From: Capsulimonadales bacterium | Lineage (GTDB): Bacteria > Armatimonadota > Armatimonadia > Armatimonadales > Armatimonadaceae | Length of the DNA: 28,508 nucleotides | Assembly: GCA_033762295.1 (NCBI GenBank) | Contig: JANRLW010000081.1 | Coordinates: 1 to 28,508, forward strand | Reading direction: 5' to 3' | Shown here: piece by piece, positions 1-9,401 of the stretch | How positions within the stretch are numbered: position 1 is the stretch's first letter | Layout: each line of letters starts with the position of its first letter | Translations under genes and position numbers: made by a program | Notes under the pieces: generated by a model | Database searches by the model: none | What the model saw: the letters and a program-made list of their open reading frames with translations, nothing else | Told to the model about the DNA's origin: nothing

Positions 1-525
1 CTGATTGACCGGATCGAGTCCGGAGAACGGTTCGTCGAAGATGACGATTCGGGGGCGATGCAGGATGGCCTCGGCAAACTGAACCTTCTGCTGATTACCG
101 CGCGAAAGATTGGAGAGTGACGTTTCCGCCCGGTTCATCAAACCGATCCGTTCGAGCCATTGCGCGGTAACCTGGCGGGCCATATCCTCGCGCAGACCGC
201 GTTTGCAGGCCGTATGGTACAGCATCCGTCCGACCGGCAGGGTGCGATAGATCGTACAGTCGCCGGGGAAGTAACCCACATGCTTCCCTTCCGGGGTGCC
301 GATCTGTCCGTCCTCGAAGAAGAAGGAGACCGAACCGCCATCCGGGACGTGGGAGCCGACCAGCAGATTCGACAGCGTCGTCTTTCCGGCGCCGTTCGGA
401 CCGAGGAGGGCGAAAACCTCCTGTCGGTTGACCGTGAAGCTGACATCGCGAACCGCAGCAGCTTTGTCAAAGTGCTTGCTGACATTGCGTACGTCCACTA
501 TTACGTCTTCAGCGAAATCCGCCAT
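1..525 (-). CDS. ABC transporter ATP-binding protein (ABC-2 exporter type), 3' end runs off the window; absent from the ORF track
   Basis: Manual translation of the minus strand from ATG 525: MADFAEDVIVDVRNVSKHF...Walker A GPNGAGKTT...signature LSRGNQQKV...Walker B/D-loop IVIFDEPFSGLDPVNQ. AGGAG RBS lies 10 nt upstream. Confidence 0.95.
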   Translation of the reverse strand, partial: MADFAEDVIVDVRNVSKHFDKAAAVRDVSFTVNRQEVFALLGPNGAGKTTLSNLLVGSHVPDGGSVSFFFEDGQIGTPEGKHVGYFPGDCTIYRTLPVGRMLYHTACKRGLREDMARQVTAQWLERIGLMNRAETSLSNLSRGNQQKVQFAEAILHRPRIVIFDEPFSGLDPVNQ

Positions 526-691
526 TCTCGTCTTTCTCCTACACAGGGTACCGATGCCCTCTCACTCCGTACGATATGCCGACACCGGGGACCGCCCCTT
601 CCGTGGGAAGGGTCTTTCGCGCGCGATTCGCAGGCACAGGGTAAAGGCGGGAAATACCTGTCTCTATTAACGGCAAATCACTGCTGCATCT

Positions 692-1732
692 TCATGCCTT
701 ATTTCCCGAAAGAGACGGCTTTTCGCAAAAGAAATCCTCGGCCAGTTTCCATCCGGACTCGAGGGCGCCCTCGACCCGCGGTCCGCCGCACCAGTCGCCG
801 CAGCAGGCCGGACCATGTGCCCCCTCCCGCAGAAACGGGACCGTCAGAGGACGGATCGGCTGAGCGTAACGCCAGCGATGGACCTGGACCGTCTCGAATC
901 GAACGTCGCCGATCGTGTCCCGCAGCGCGTCCGTCAGATGGCGGAGAACCGTCTCCGGCGCGTCTTCCGAATGCTCCCGGCTCCACGCTCCCGAACCGTG
1001 CGCGACCAGCGTCGGTGGTCCCCCCGGTTCCCGCTTGGTATGATCCCGCGAGACCCAGCCCAGCACCGGATGCTCCATCTCCAGCGCCGGCCAATCCGCC
1101 CCCGGCACATCCTCCGACAGCACGGCCATCCATGTCCATGCCGGGAGAAATTCGACCGATTCCAGGGTCCGCACCGTCTCCTCCGATAGCAGATTGCGTG
1201 CCATGTTCCGGACCTGAACCGGCGGCGCATTGAGAATGAGATTCCGTCCGCGATACCGCTCGCCGGCCGCGGCGGTCGCCACGAAAACCCCGTTCTCCTC
1301 CGTCACCGACCGGACCTCGGTCGATCTTTCGATCGTCAGTCCCGCGCCCAGGCGACGCGCCAGTTCGTTCATTCCGTTTCTCGGCGCATACCGGGGATGC
1401 CCTTCCTCGCGCCGATGGATCGTGCCGTCCTTCCACAGCGGGAAGCCGTGTGTCCAGACGGACAGCCAGCCTTCCGCCAGTCCGGCCTGCGCCCAGGCGG
1501 ACAGCCGTGTCTCACGCGCGGTGAAAAACTGCGCGCCGTGATCCACCCGCACCTCCGTCCCGGCGGTTTCGAGGCGGCGGGTCGCCATGCGCCCGCCGAC
1601 GCCGCGCCCCTTGTCGAGCACGCGCACCGTCGCGCCCTGCGTCCGCGCCTCGGAAGCGAAGGCCAGTCCGGCCAGTCCGGCGCCGATAACCAGAAAATCC
1701 GTGATGTCGTCCGGTTCGTTCGTCATTGTCAT
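692..1732 (-). CDS. NAD/FAD-dependent oxidoreductase, renalase-like
   Basis: Rossmann motif VIGAGLAGL, DKGRGVGGRMATRR, DHGAQFF, HRWRYAQP, CGDWC...VEGALESG. Start trimmed to ATG 1732 (1726 also possible). Confidence 0.9.
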   Translation of the reverse strand: MTMTNEPDDITDFLVIGAGLAGLAFASEARTQGATVRVLDKGRGVGGRMATRRLETAGTEVRVDHGAQFFTARETRLSAWAQAGLAEGWLSVWTHGFPLWKDGTIHRREEGHPRYAPRNGMNELARRLGAGLTIERSTEVRSVTEENGVFVATAAAGERYRGRNLILNAPPVQVRNMARNLLSEETVRTLESVEFLPAWTWMAVLSEDVPGADWPALEMEHPVLGWVSRDHTKREPGGPPTLVAHGSGAWSREHSEDAPETVLRHLTDALRDTIGDVRFETVQVHRWRYAQPIRPLTVPFLREGAHGPACCGDWCGGPRVEGALESGWKLAEDFFCEKPSLSGNKA

Positions 1733-1822
1733 GTTGTGAATAACGGTCTGCGGGCAAACCGGTTCCGAACGCCTTCCTCGCCCCTTACCCGGCGAGTCCC
1801 GGTCCGGAGTTGGGCCTTTTTC

Positions 1823-1851
1823 TTGACACGGTGTGGGACGCCGCCTACAAT
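1823..1851 (+). promoter_or_regulatory. sigma70-type promoter for the thioredoxin gene
   Basis: TTGACA-17 bp-TACAAT, about 30 bp upstream of ATG 1884. Confidence 0.8.
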
Positions 1852-1883
1852 AGGTTACCCTCGGGGAAGGAAACGTAGTCGGG

Positions 1884-2744
1884 ATGGAACGCCGGAGTCT
1901 GGTTCGCATACTGGCGGCAATCGCCATTCTGGGATGGGGCGCGGCGGCCCATGCCAGCGAAGTGCAATGGGGAGCGTCGCTTGACGCCGCGTTGCGGGAA
2001 GCGAAGAAGAGCGGTAAGCCGATCCTGATCGACTTTTATGCCGACTGGTGCGGCTGGTGCAAACGGCTTGATCAGGATGTTTATACCGATGATTCGGTGG
2101 TCCGCACGTCCAAGCAGTTTATCAATGTCAAACTGGACACCGATCGCAACGGCCGGGATGCGGCGCGGCAGTACGGGGTTCGCAGTCTCCCTACCATCCT
2201 GGTCCTCGATGCCAACGGCGAGGTCGAAGCGCGTTTCCGGGGTTACATGCCCGCCCCCGTATTCAACAGCAAACTGAATCAGACCATCCAGGCGCATCGC
2301 GCCATGCCCGGCCTTCTTTCCCGCTTCCGTCGGAGCGCCACCGATCTGGACGCGGCCTCGCAACTGACCCGCATCTATGCCGGTCGCGGTCAGGAGGAGC
2401 AGGCGCAACGCACGCTGGCGCGGGTCGCCAAGCTGGACCCGAGCGATGAAAAAGGCAAGTACGCCCGGTCGCTGAACAGCGTGGCCGATATGTACGCCTC
2501 CCGTGGAAACCTGGACGAAGCGATCGCCCTGTTCCGACGTTCGGTCAAGGTGGGCAAACGCTCGGATGAGATCAGCTACGGCCAGTTAAGCCTGGCGCTC
2601 TGCCGTCTGAGTCGGCGCGATGTGAGCGGCGCTCGCAGCGAATTGAAGACGGCGATCGCCCACCCGCGAATCGGCGAAAAGTACAAGTCCGACGCCCGCA
2701 AGATGCTGGCGGAGCTGGATAATCTGGCGAAGCAGGGAATCTGA
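1884..2744 (+). CDS. Exported thioredoxin-family protein with C-terminal TPR repeats
   Basis: Signal peptide ending AHA; KPILIDFYADWCGWCK active site; helical TPR-like C-terminus (GNLDEAIALFRRSV). Confidence 0.88.
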   Translation: MERRSLVRILAAIAILGWGAAAHASEVQWGASLDAALREAKKSGKPILIDFYADWCGWCKRLDQDVYTDDSVVRTSKQFINVKLDTDRNGRDAARQYGVRSLPTILVLDANGEVEARFRGYMPAPVFNSKLNQTIQAHRAMPGLLSRFRRSATDLDAASQLTRIYAGRGQEEQAQRTLARVAKLDPSDEKGKYARSLNSVADMYASRGNLDEAIALFRRSVKVGKRSDEISYGQLSLALCRLSRRDVSGARSELKTAIAHPRIGEKYKSDARKMLAELDNLAKQGI

Positions 2745-2821
2745 CGGGCAATCGATCGGCAGGCGGGCCGGACCGGGAAACGATGGTTGATGGTTCCGGG
2801 TCCGGCCCGCTTTACTCGTCT

Positions 2822-3361
2822 TTACTCGTCGCTCTTCAAACAGTTTCCGGGGGGGACCGTTATTTTCGGGGTCTTTCCCTTCACGACCGTCTCTTTCGGA
2901 GCGGTTTTCGGCGTCGTATCCGCCGTCCTTTCCTCCGCGTGCTCCGGGCACGGCCAGATACCCCCGTCCTGCGCGTTCGTTCCGCCGTACGCGACCGACG
3001 CGTTTTTTCCGACTCCGTGATCGGCCCGCGTCTCCGTCGTTCGAAAAACGCCCCATCCGACGCCACCGACACCGATCAGGACCAGCAATGGCAGGTACCA
3101 TGGGAGTTCCCGATTTCGGAAGCCGGCCGAACGTCCGGCAGGTTGCCAGGAGGGCATTTCCGGACCACGAACGGCGAACGCCAGAGCCGCCGAGGTCGTT
3201 TGGAAGGTTTCCAGTCGGGCGCGACAGACGGCGCAGTGGCGAAGGTGGTTTTGGACCCGGCCCCGGGCGCGCAACGGCAGAGCGTCGTGCAGATAGAGCA
3301 ACAGGTCCTGCTCATACCGCACGCAGTCGTCGGCTTCGAACCATCTTCCGATTCGCTTCAT
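2822..3361 (-). CDS. Membrane-anchored zinc-finger (zf-HC2/ZAS) anti-sigma factor
   Basis: HxxxCxxC (HLRHCAVC), one TM helix (WYLPLLVLIGVGGVGWGVF); start overlaps the sigma gene stop (ATGA). Confidence 0.85.
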   Translation of the reverse strand: MKRIGRWFEADDCVRYEQDLLLYLHDALPLRARGRVQNHLRHCAVCRARLETFQTTSAALAFAVRGPEMPSWQPAGRSAGFRNRELPWYLPLLVLIGVGGVGWGVFRTTETRADHGVGKNASVAYGGTNAQDGGIWPCPEHAEERTADTTPKTAPKETVVKGKTPKITVPPGNCLKSDE

Positions 3362-3981
3362 CGTACGGCACTCAGCCCTTTCCGTCCGGCCAGTCGTTTC
3401 GCGCCCGTCTCACGCCGTCCGGCGGAGGGTTCCTCCCCGCCGACGACAACCCCTTCCTGCGGTTCGGCGAACGTTTCCGCGGTTACCGCATGAATCCGAT
3501 AAAACTGATACTTGAGCGTATTCAGGTTGCGTCCGAGAATGGTCGCAATCTCCGGAAGCGTCAGTTCGGCAAAGTAGTACATTTCCAGAATCTGCCGCTG
3601 ATCGTCGTTCAGACCGTCCAGCAATCGCCGCACCATGACCCGTCGTTCCGCCGCATCGAGGGCATCGATCGGCGACGGCAGACGGGCGGTATCGAACGCG
3701 ACCTCCTGCCGCTGCAGTCGTCCCTGGACTCGATGATGATCCGCGACTTTGCGGACGGCGATACTGAACAGCCAGGTTTTGAAACGCACCCTCAAATCGA
3801 GTCGCGGAATCGCCTGCCATGCCGCCAGAAGCGTCTCCTGAAGGACATCCTCCGCCGCGTCGGGGCCGACCCGTCGCATCAGGAACGCGCGCAAGCGTTC
3901 CTGATGGGCCTGAATCAGCCTGTCGAACGCTGCCCGATCGTTTTCCCGCGCCGCTTTGAGCAGTCGCCGTTCCGTGTCCAT
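3358..3981 (-). CDS. ECF RNA polymerase sigma factor
   Basis: DRAAFDRLI, AEDVLQETLLAAW, FKTWLFSIA (region 2); LTLPEIATILGRNLNTLKYQFYR (region 4). Start uncertain, ATG 3981 chosen. Confidence 0.9.
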   Translation of the reverse strand: MDTERRLLKAARENDRAAFDRLIQAHQERLRAFLMRRVGPDAAEDVLQETLLAAWQAIPRLDLRVRFKTWLFSIAVRKVADHHRVQGRLQRQEVAFDTARLPSPIDALDAAERRVMVRRLLDGLNDDQRQILEMYYFAELTLPEIATILGRNLNTLKYQFYRIHAVTAETFAEPQEGVVVGGEEPSAGRRETGAKRLAGRKGLSAVR

Positions 3982-4189
3982 CCCCGGCAGGGGAACGCAC
4001 CACTTCCGGAATACAGGCCCCACCTTGAACCTCTTTCCTGACAGGGAGGAAAGCCCCTCGGACCCAAATCGCTTCTCCCTGCGTAAAAGTTGGGAAAGTT
4101 GCGGCGGATGCCGTTTTTTCACTTCGTTTTCCGCATGGTATCGCGAAAGGGAAAAGCGATCGAACCCGTCGTGACCGAAGGATTGGCGG

Positions 4190-4195
4190 TATAAT
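4190..4195 (+). promoter_or_regulatory. Probable -10 element of the rnj promoter
   Basis: Perfect TATAAT about 36 bp upstream of the start; no clear -35. Confidence 0.45.
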
Positions 4196-4231
4196 CTTTC
4201 GTTATCGCTTCGACATTGTGAGGTTCCTCTT

Positions 4232-5905
4232 TTGGAGACGCTGCCCGCGGGCAAACTGCGTATTATCCCCCTCGGCGGAGTGGGCGAAATCGGTAAAAAT
4301 ATGTATGCGTACCAGGTCCTCGATCAGATACTGGTCGTGGACTGCGGCTTGAAATTTCCGGATGAGCGCATGTTCGGCGTCGATATCGTCATCCCGGACG
4401 TTCGCTGGCTTGTGGAACATAAGGATGCCATCCAGGCGATCGTGATCACGCACGGGCATGAGGATCATATCGGCGCTCTGGCATACGTGATTCCGCAGCT
4501 TCCGAACATTCCCGTTTACGGGCCGCCCCTGGCGCTCGGACTGGCGCGCGGACGACTGCAAGAGCGACGCGTACTGAGCCAGACCACGCTGAAGGAGTTC
4601 GGGCCGGACGATATCCTGGAACTGGGACACTTTATCGTGGAGCCGATCCAGGTCGCCCACTCGATTCCGGACTCGTTCGCCCTGGCGATCCGGACGCCGG
4701 CCGGAAATGTCATTCACACCGGCGACTTCAAGTTCGACCAGACGCCGGTCGACGGTCGCCTCTTCGATGTGGCCAAGCTCTCCCGCATCTCGGATGAGGG
4801 CGTACTGGCGCTGGTTTCCGACACGACCAATATCGAACGTCCGGGGTACGTTCCCTCCGAACGGATCGTCCTGCAAACCTTCGAGCGCGTCCTGAGCGAA
4901 GCGCCGGGCCGTGTCATCATCGGTTCGTTCGCCTCGCAGATCCATCGGATGCAGATGGCGGTCGATATCTCGAAGAAACTCGGACGCAAGGTGGCGGCGG
5001 TCGGCCGGTCGATCGCGCAGAACATGGACATGGCCGCCTCTCTGGGGTACCTGACCGTCCCGGAAGGCGTCCGCATCCGCGCCGAGGATATCGGCAACTA
5101 CAAACCGCACGAAATCACGATCCTGACGACCGGATCGCAGGGAGAACCGCTTGCCGGGTTATCCCGCATGGCCGCCGACGATCATCGTCATGTACGTATC
5201 CAGTCCGGCGATACGGTCATTCTTTCGGCGACGCCGATTCCGGGCAACGAGGACGCCGTCTGGCGGGTGGTCAATGCGCTGTTCGCCCGTGGCGCGAACG
5301 TCATCTACGACGCCCTGATGCCGGTTCACGTCTCCGGCCACGGTTACGCCGAGGAGTTGAAACTCGTTCTGAACATCGTCAACCCGCAGTATGTGGTACC
5401 CGTCCACGGCGAAAACCGTATGCTCTACCACTACGCCAAGGTCGCCGAGGGGATGGGCTGGCTTCCGGAGGATATTTTCCGTCTGGATATCGGCGATGTG
5501 CTGGAGTTGGACGAGGTACAGGGCCGGGTGGTCGAACGTATCCCGTCGGGTTCGGTCCTGGTGGACGGTTCCGGCACGACCGGCGTTCATGAGGTGGTTT
5601 TGCGCGACCGCCAGCATCTGGCGGAGGACGGTTTCGTCGTCGTGGTCGCCGGGCGCAATCGCGAGACGGGCGAACTGGTCGCCGGTCCGGAGATTCTGTC
5701 GCGCGGGTTCGTTTACCTGGACCACAACGAGGAACTGATCCTTTCCGCGACCGACTTCATCCGCGAACTGATCAAGGCGACGCCGGGGGACGCCCCGCCG
5801 GAACTGGATGCCCTGCAGAACGAGGTCCGCTCATCGCTACGGAAATGGTTCGAGAAGCGCACCAACCGCCGCCCGATGGTCCTCCCCCTGATCATGGAGT
5901 TGTGA
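4232..5905 (+). CDS. rnj: Ribonuclease J
   Basis: IIPLGGVGEIGKN, metallo-beta-lactamase motif THGHEDHIG, HTGDFKFD, TGSQGEP, HVSGH, C-terminal RRPMVLP. TTG start with GAGG RBS. Confidence 0.96.
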   Translation: METLPAGKLRIIPLGGVGEIGKNMYAYQVLDQILVVDCGLKFPDERMFGVDIVIPDVRWLVEHKDAIQAIVITHGHEDHIGALAYVIPQLPNIPVYGPPLALGLARGRLQERRVLSQTTLKEFGPDDILELGHFIVEPIQVAHSIPDSFALAIRTPAGNVIHTGDFKFDQTPVDGRLFDVAKLSRISDEGVLALVSDTTNIERPGYVPSERIVLQTFERVLSEAPGRVIIGSFASQIHRMQMAVDISKKLGRKVAAVGRSIAQNMDMAASLGYLTVPEGVRIRAEDIGNYKPHEITILTTGSQGEPLAGLSRMAADDHRHVRIQSGDTVILSATPIPGNEDAVWRVVNALFARGANVIYDALMPVHVSGHGYAEELKLVLNIVNPQYVVPVHGENRMLYHYAKVAEGMGWLPEDIFRLDIGDVLELDEVQGRVVERIPSGSVLVDGSGTTGVHEVVLRDRQHLAEDGFVVVVAGRNRETGELVAGPEILSRGFVYLDHNEELILSATDFIRELIKATPGDAPPELDALQNEVRSSLRKWFEKRTNRRPMVLPLIMEL

Positions 5906-5917
5906 CGAACAACGAGC

Positions 5918-5942
5918 CGGGGGAGGCCATCGGCCTCCCCCG
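5918..5942. terminator. GC hairpin between convergent rnj and ADP-ribosylglycohydrolase genes
   Basis: CGGGGGAGGCC-ATC-GGCCTCCCCCG; no U-tract. Confidence 0.6.
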
Positions 5943-5971
5943 ACCCGTCGGCCGTACCTGTTCGGAACGCC

Positions 5972-7006
5972 TCAAACGGTGGACGCTCCCCGGCGCATTT
6001 CGGCGGCAAGGGCAGCCAGACGGTCGCCATACTCGATCCGTTCGGCCCATTCCCCCGGCCAGGCCGACATTCCCAGGTGCGCTCCGGCGAACCCCCCGGT
6101 CAGACACGCGATGGAGTCCGAATCGCCACGGGTCACCGACGCGCGGCGCAGGGCGGCGATCGGTTCCTCCGGGAACAGCAGAAAGCAGAGCAGTCCTGTG
6201 GCGAACGCCTCCTCGGCAACCCAGCCGTCGCCCGTTCGCTCGCACGGATCGACCTCCCGGTCGCCGTCCCGGACCGCCGCCTCCAAACGGTCGATCACCC
6301 GGACGCACTCGTCCCAGCCGTGCGCGATAAACGCCTCCGGCGACTCCGCCCCGACTCTTTGCCACAGGTCCCGCAGCCAGTCCGCATGGTAGACCCGGCG
6401 TTGCGACACGACATAGGCGCGGAGGCGCGGCAGTAACTCCCCCGGCGAGCAGCCCCCGAGCAGTTCGGTGAGAACGTATGCGGTGACATCGGATGCGGCC
6501 AGCGCGGTCGGATGACCGTGCGTCATCGCCGCCTGGAACTGGGCGATTGCGGCTCGGGTCGGGGAGTCGATTCCTCGCAGCATGCCCACCGGACCGACCC
6601 GCATGTTGGCGCCGCACCCCTTGGAGTGGCTGACGGTGGCCTGGGGCCAGTGGTCGCCCTCTTCCAGCCGACGGGTTGCCAGCATGCAGGTCATGCCGGG
6701 AGCACGGGTGTTATCCGGCGAGTTCATCCAGTCGATAAACGCCCGGCGCAACACCGGTTCCAGCGTCGTTTCGAGGAACGGACGGGGCGCTTTCACCAGC
6801 GCCTCCCCGACGGCCAGACTCATCTGCGTGTCATCGGTAACAAGAAACACGGTTCCCGGCGGTTCGGTCAACCCGCCCTTTCCGTACAACCGTTCGATCT
6901 CCTCCGTTTCCCGGATGAATTCGTTCGGCGCGGCCAGAGCATCGCCGTAGGCCGACCCGAACAGACTTCCCTCGATCCGCGTGCCGAAATCCTCCCTCAA
7001 ATCCAT
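5972..7006 (-). CDS. ADP-ribosylglycohydrolase (DraG/ARH family)
   Basis: GSAYGDALAAP, TDDTQM, GCGANMR, THGHP, GDSDSIACLTG. AAGGAGG RBS before ATG 7006. Confidence 0.93.
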   Translation of the reverse strand: MDLREDFGTRIEGSLFGSAYGDALAAPNEFIRETEEIERLYGKGGLTEPPGTVFLVTDDTQMSLAVGEALVKAPRPFLETTLEPVLRRAFIDWMNSPDNTRAPGMTCMLATRRLEEGDHWPQATVSHSKGCGANMRVGPVGMLRGIDSPTRAAIAQFQAAMTHGHPTALAASDVTAYVLTELLGGCSPGELLPRLRAYVVSQRRVYHADWLRDLWQRVGAESPEAFIAHGWDECVRVIDRLEAAVRDGDREVDPCERTGDGWVAEEAFATGLLCFLLFPEEPIAALRRASVTRGDSDSIACLTGGFAGAHLGMSAWPGEWAERIEYGDRLAALAAEMRRGASTV

Positions 7007-7105
7007 AGCCGCCCCTCCTTTCCGCAGTTCTCTTCCAGGGCGCGAAATCAACGTACCCTGAACCATCCCTTCCATCAACCCCCGAATGGCCGATCGTTTG
7101 CCCGG

Positions 7106-7132
7106 CAGGGCAGTCAGGGCAGTCAGGGCTGT
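7106..7132. repeat. 9-bp tandem repeat x3 in a divergent promoter region
   Basis: CAGGGCAGT CAGGGCAGT CAGGGCTGT. Confidence 0.85.
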
Positions 7133-7202
7133 CGGGAAGGAATCGAGGAAGGCCGGGAGGAAACTGGCGAATGAGCGTCTTTCATGGCGAAAGGAGGCCC
7201 TT

Positions 7203-7973
7203 ATGTCTCAGTCGGCGGAGGTTTTTCTCGTGATGCGCGCGGACGATGCCGGTTCCTGTCGCAGCGCGAACGAGGCCGTTTGCGAAGCCTGCGATGCAGG
7301 AGCGGTTCGCAACGTCTCCCTGATGGTCTGCGGACCGGCGTTCGATCATGCGGCGGAGCTTTTTGCCGGTCGCGAGGACCTCTGCCTCGGATTGCACGTC
7401 GTTTTGAACGCCGAATGGGAGGGTCCGCGCTGGGGTCCGGTGCTTCCGTCGGAGCAGGTGCCGTCCCTGATCGAGCCGGAGACCGGCTTTTTCACCCACT
7501 TTCCGCACGATCTGCAACGGCGCGGCTTTTCGATCGCCGAGGCGGTCGCCGAGGCCGAGGCACAGCTGGAACGAGCGCGAGCGGCGGGACTGCGTCCGTC
7601 CTACCTGGACGAGCATATGGGGGTCGGGTGGCTTCCCGGTTTGCGGGACGCTCTCGCCGACCTGGCGCGGCGCGAGGGTCTGATCGATGCCATGACCCTG
7701 CCGGTGTCTCCGCTGCCCGTCTCCGATCCGATGCCGGACGAGACGCCGGAGGGGATGGCGGACCACTGGGAGGTCGGCGTGGCAAAAGCGCCTCCCGGCG
7801 CCTATCTGGTGGTCACCCATCCGGGCAAGGACGCCCCGGACATGCGGGCGTTCGCCCTTCCCGGCCACCCGACCGGCGTCGTCGCCCGGGAACGCGATCT
7901 CGAACGGCGCGCCCTGATCGAACTGGGACGGCGCGGCTCACTGCGCGTCTCTCGCTATGACGAACTCCGATAG
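7203..7973 (+). CDS. ChbG/HpnK/YdjC-family carbohydrate deacetylase
   Basis: RADDAG, GLHVVL, YLDEHMG, THPG motifs. AGGAGG RBS before ATG 7203. Confidence 0.9.
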   Translation: MSQSAEVFLVMRADDAGSCRSANEAVCEACDAGAVRNVSLMVCGPAFDHAAELFAGREDLCLGLHVVLNAEWEGPRWGPVLPSEQVPSLIEPETGFFTHFPHDLQRRGFSIAEAVAEAEAQLERARAAGLRPSYLDEHMGVGWLPGLRDALADLARREGLIDAMTLPVSPLPVSDPMPDETPEGMADHWEVGVAKAPPGAYLVVTHPGKDAPDMRAFALPGHPTGVVARERDLERRALIELGRRGSLRVSRYDELR

Positions 7974-8039
7974 ACAAGGACGGCCCGCCGTCCCCCGGAA
8001 ACATACCGCTGCGCCGAGCGCCGGAAATCGAAAACTGCC

Positions 8040-8747
8040 GTGACTACCGCCCCCTCCACCACCGATATCGTCTCCTACCTCCGGAAGGTCGAACTGTTCG
8101 CCGGGCTGAGCGAGGAGACCATTCGCATTCTCGCGAAACAGTGCCGCCGCCGAAAGTTCCCGGCGCGTACGGCCCTGTTCCACCAGGATGATCCGGGACA
8201 GACGCTCTATATCATCGTTTCCGGATATGTGAACATCCAGCGGGAAACGCCCGAAGGCGTCATCCATATCGCCGAACGGGTCGCCGGGCAGCATATCGGC
8301 GAGTTCGCTCTGCTCGATGGTAACCCGCGCTCCGATGATGCCGTGGTCGGAACCCAGACCTGCGAGGTCATCATGCTCGACCGGGAACCCTTTCTGAAGG
8401 CGATGGAGGAGTACCCCATCATCGCGCAGAACGTCATCGTCAGTCTCGTCACCCGTCTCCGGGAGACGTCGCGACGCGCCGAGGCTCAGCAGAGCCTGGA
8501 TGTCACCGGACGGCTGGCCTCCTTTCTGCTCGACAAGGCGCGAACCATGGGCGAGGAGGCGACGGGTGGGACGGTGCGCCTGCCGTTACGGATGACCCAC
8601 AAGGAGATCGGCGGCAGTATCAACGCCACCCGGGAAACGGTCACCCGCTGTCTGACCCGGCTTGAGCGGATGGGCGCGATTGTGCGCGAGGATCAGGACA
8701 TCGTTCTGCGGGATACCAAGCGCCTGCGTCGCCTCTGTAAGTTGTGA
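8040..8747 (+). CDS. Crp/Fnr-family transcriptional regulator
   Basis: cNMP-binding domain (LFHQDDPG, GEFALLDGNPRS); HTH THKEIGGSINATRETVTR. Confidence 0.93.
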   Translation: MTTAPSTTDIVSYLRKVELFAGLSEETIRILAKQCRRRKFPARTALFHQDDPGQTLYIIVSGYVNIQRETPEGVIHIAERVAGQHIGEFALLDGNPRSDDAVVGTQTCEVIMLDREPFLKAMEEYPIIAQNVIVSLVTRLRETSRRAEAQQSLDVTGRLASFLLDKARTMGEEATGGTVRLPLRMTHKEIGGSINATRETVTRCLTRLERMGAIVREDQDIVLRDTKRLRRLCKL

Positions 8748-8765
8748 CCGTTAAGTTGTGACCGT
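8738..8765. repeat. Exact 14-bp tandem duplication spanning the Crp-gene stop codon
   Basis: TAAGTTGTGACCGT TAAGTTGTGACCGT, followed by a degenerate TCGTGACG. Confidence 0.9.
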
Positions 8766-8790
8766 TCGTGACGATTCGCCCAAACGGCTG

Positions 8791-9174
8791 CTAGGGCGCG
8801 GACACGGGCCGTCCCCCCGTCCTGGACAGCGACGGCACATCGATCACCTGGTCGGACGGCGCGGCGGAAGGCGATGCCGTCGGAGAGGGTGAGGAGGGCG
8901 GGGGGGTCGGCGACGAAGAGGCGGAGGCATTCGGTGACGAAGAGGCGCCCGGCGAATCCGGGGCAACCGTCGTATACTTCGGAGGATTGAAACGGTCGGC
9001 GAAAACGGTGAAGCGCAACAGCATTCCCAGGCCCAGAACGACGATGGCAATCCCCACGGTGGCAAACATCCAGAGGTTTTGCATCCGTTCCGCGCGGGAC
9101 GGCGGGAGAAGCTCCTGAACTTCATAATCCTCGGACGCCTTTGGACGCCCGAAAGCCGGTTTTCTATTCGCCAT
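8791..9174 (-). CDS. Small single-pass membrane protein with Pro/Ser-rich tail
   Basis: TM helix LWMFATVGIAIVVLGLGMLL, low-complexity SP-rich C-terminus, GAGGAG RBS. Confidence 0.75.
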   Translation of the reverse strand: MANRKPAFGRPKASEDYEVQELLPPSRAERMQNLWMFATVGIAIVVLGLGMLLRFTVFADRFNPPKYTTVAPDSPGASSSPNASASSSPTPPPSSPSPTASPSAAPSDQVIDVPSLSRTGGRPVSAP

Positions 9175-9401
9175 TTTTCTGCTCCTCGGGAAGTGATTCG
9201 CTCCCGAAGCCGCTTTCCCCTTCAGTTATACGTCATTTTCGGGCGAATGTCCTTCGGATGTTCGTCGCCGTTATAAATGCCTGAGCCGATCATCTCGAAC
9301 CGCCGAAAACAAGGTATACTACATCATTATCCCGTTCTTCTCTCGTCTGTCTCGGACTCCAACCGTCGTTTCGCACCGGCCCGTACCGAGGAACCGTACT
9401 C

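Noticed and set aside
1..120. Open plus-strand frame ending in TGA at 118-120
   Set aside because: It is the antisense shadow of the minus-strand ABC ATPase, which carries the signature and Walker B motifs.
160..1233. 357-aa plus-strand ORF with a Pro-rich tail
   Set aside because: It overlaps two well-supported minus-strand genes and has the Arg/Pro-rich composition of a GC shadow frame.
5972..8747. ADP-ribosylglycohydrolase, deacetylase and Crp as one system
   Set aside because: No ADP-ribosyltransferase partner and no palindromic CRP site were found; adjacency alone is not evidence.
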